From a virus (lineage: Duplodnaviria; Caudoviricetes): DNA of 32,770 bases. Below are positions 31,387-32,770 of the stretch, piece by piece (within the stretch, counting starts at the first letter, position 1; every line of letters begins with the position of its first letter). Both the position numbers and the translations under genes were made by a program. The notes under the pieces were generated by a model. The model was not told the DNA's origin and searched no databases. It was given only the letters and a program-made list of their open reading frames with translations. Where the stretch lies: IMG/VR virus record IMGVR_UViG_3300037518_000650, positions 1 to 32,770 of that record. One strand, written 5' to 3'.

Positions 31387-32770
31387 GACAGAGTTCCTTT
31401 TTATCTAGCGCGGCTTCAGCGTTCATCAGCACGATGCCGGCGGTGAGGGCCGGTTCGATCGACTGCCAGCGTTCGCAGAGGTCGGCCACCGAGCCGCAGC
31501 GGAACGCGTCGAGCGCCTCCGTGCGGCGCTGCTCTGCGTGGTCTGTCGCAATGACGGACAGCCTTGCTGTCGGGCAACCGAGCGCGGCGAAAAGCGGCGC
31601 GAACGCCTCGACAATCGTGCGCCGATCCTCGGCAAAGAAACGGCTGACCCGTTCGTCAAACGCCCGGTAGTCTCCCGAAGTGCTCTTCGCGGCGCGGGCG
31701 ACCGCGTTGGCTTCGCGGTGTAGGACGCGCGCGGCGGCGTCCAACACCCATGGCCCGTGCACCGCGCCGGCGTCGCCGTCATCGCTTTCGCTGTCGTTCG
31801 CTCCGTCTGCAGAGGAGTTGTCAGCCTGGGCATTGGTTTCCCGCGTCTGCATCGGCTCAATGTTGTCGACGATCCGGTTGATCTGTGCTTCGCCGGTCGC
31901 CGGGAACGAGACGTTGATGACGCCCTTGGCCGCCTCTTTCGACAGCACCGATTGGGAGACGAATTCCGCGACCTGCAGTAGTGAGGTGACTTGGGCGCCG
32001 TTGAGCGCCGTCCGCTGCACGTCGGCCGCTTCGCCCGTGCTGGCTGAAGAGGCCGCCTGCGCGGCACCATCGGCAGCTCCGTCCTCTTTCGTGCCGCCGG
32101 CCGCTTGCTCCAAGGTGTGCATGTTCATCGGTACCAAGCGAACGTCGCCGATCGCGCCGATCGTATTCATGTCCTCCAGCCGCAGGATGTCGTTCACGGA
32201 AAAGGCGCCCAAGTCGCGCATAGTCTGGTAGAAGTTCGCGCGCGCGCCGCTGTCGCCGCGGGCCATCGCCATCAGGTTCATCTTCGTAAAGCGGCGCGGA
32301 TCGGCCAGTAGTTTGAGGTTGGCTTCAGCTTCCCATCGCACCGCCCACGGCGCAATCGTGTCCGTGGCGAACTGGATGTTCTGGGCCTCGATGTTGCTGA
32401 ACGTCGCCCGTTCGAGGTCGCCGATCTTGTGCGGCGGGATCCGATAAATGCGGGCGATCTCGATCACTTCAAATTTTCGGGTTTCAAGAAACTGCGCGTC
32501 TTCCGGCGGGATGGTCAATTGCTTGTATTCGATACCCTCCTCGAACAGCAGAAATCCCATTCGGTTCGGTCCGCCGGCTCGGTACTCGCGCATCGACTTT
32601 TTGAGGTTGGCGCGCGCGTCGTCGGACAGGATACCCGGATGCGTCACTACGCCCGAGGCCTGCAGACCGTTGCCGAAGAAGGTGGCGCCGAAATCCTGCG
32701 ACGCCAAGCCTAAACTGATCGAATCGCGGTGCATGCGGATCGGCGAATAGCCCACCGTGCCGTCGTACCC
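31376..32770 (-). CDS. HK97-type portal protein, N-terminus outside the window, long C-terminal extension
   Basis: GYSPI, FFGNG...G, PEDAQFLETRKF...IARIYRIPPH.IG..ERATFSNIE. Confidence 0.92.
   Translation of the reverse strand, partial: GYDGTVGYSPIRMHRDSISLGLASQDFGATFFGNGLQASGVVTHPGILSDDARANLKKSMREYRAGGPNRMGFLLFEEGIEYKQLTIPPEDAQFLETRKFEVIEIARIYRIPPHKIGDLERATFSNIEAQNIQFATDTIAPWAVRWEAEANLKLLADPRRFTKMNLMAMARGDSGARANFYQTMRDLGAFSVNDILRLEDMNTIGAIGDVRLVPMNMHTLEQAAGGTKEDGAADGAAQAASSASTGEAADVQRTALNGAQVTSLLQVAEFVSQSVLSKEAAKGVINVSFPATGEAQINRIVDNIEPMQTRETNAQADNSSADGANDSESDDGDAGAVHGPWVLDAAARVLHREANAVARAAKSTSGDYRAFDERVSRFFAEDRRTIVEAFAPLFAALGCPTARLSVIATDHAEQRRTEALDAFRCGSVADLCERWQSIEPALTAGIVLMNAEAALDKKELCHAS

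Noticed and set aside
1-32770. CRISPR array, DGR, retron or alternative genetic code
   Set aside because: No regularly spaced repeat-spacer array, no reverse transcriptase or TR/VR pair seen, and all conserved genes translate uninterrupted in the standard code

Overview
About 33 kb of a temperate siphovirus genome with an HK97-type head and a short non-contractile tail. The genome is high-GC and the host is probably a planctomycete (inference from gene content, not proven). It appears to be in the excised state, because an intact attP lies inside the window next to the integrase. Layout: (1) 1-5128, a leftward operon of small membrane and virion proteins, a secreted trypsin-like protease and a permuted NlpC/P60 amidase; (2) 5374-20381, a rightward arm with a wHTH regulator, tyrosine integrase, attP carrying the 5' half of tRNA-Leu(UAA), Xis, CsrA, exonuclease, SMC-like ATPase, replication initiator, RusA, C5 methyltransferase, Gp37/68-like protein and an XRE regulator; (3) 20358-32770, a leftward morphogenesis operon running from portal to tail tip. 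The most striking unexplained features are: a ~120-bp bipartite inverted-repeat element present 8 times (some copies partial), mostly at stop/start gene junctions, with a fixed 38-39-bp box spacing, which supplies the AAAAAATG start context of five genes; phage-encoded CsrA together with several GGA-loop hairpin clusters placed after promoters and over a terminator; a D-arm-less tRNA mimic; an attP that duplicates the 5' rather than the 3' half of a tRNA; and a second, dnaX-like -1 frameshift cassette in the head region. All assignments come from reading motifs by eye; no database searches were run.
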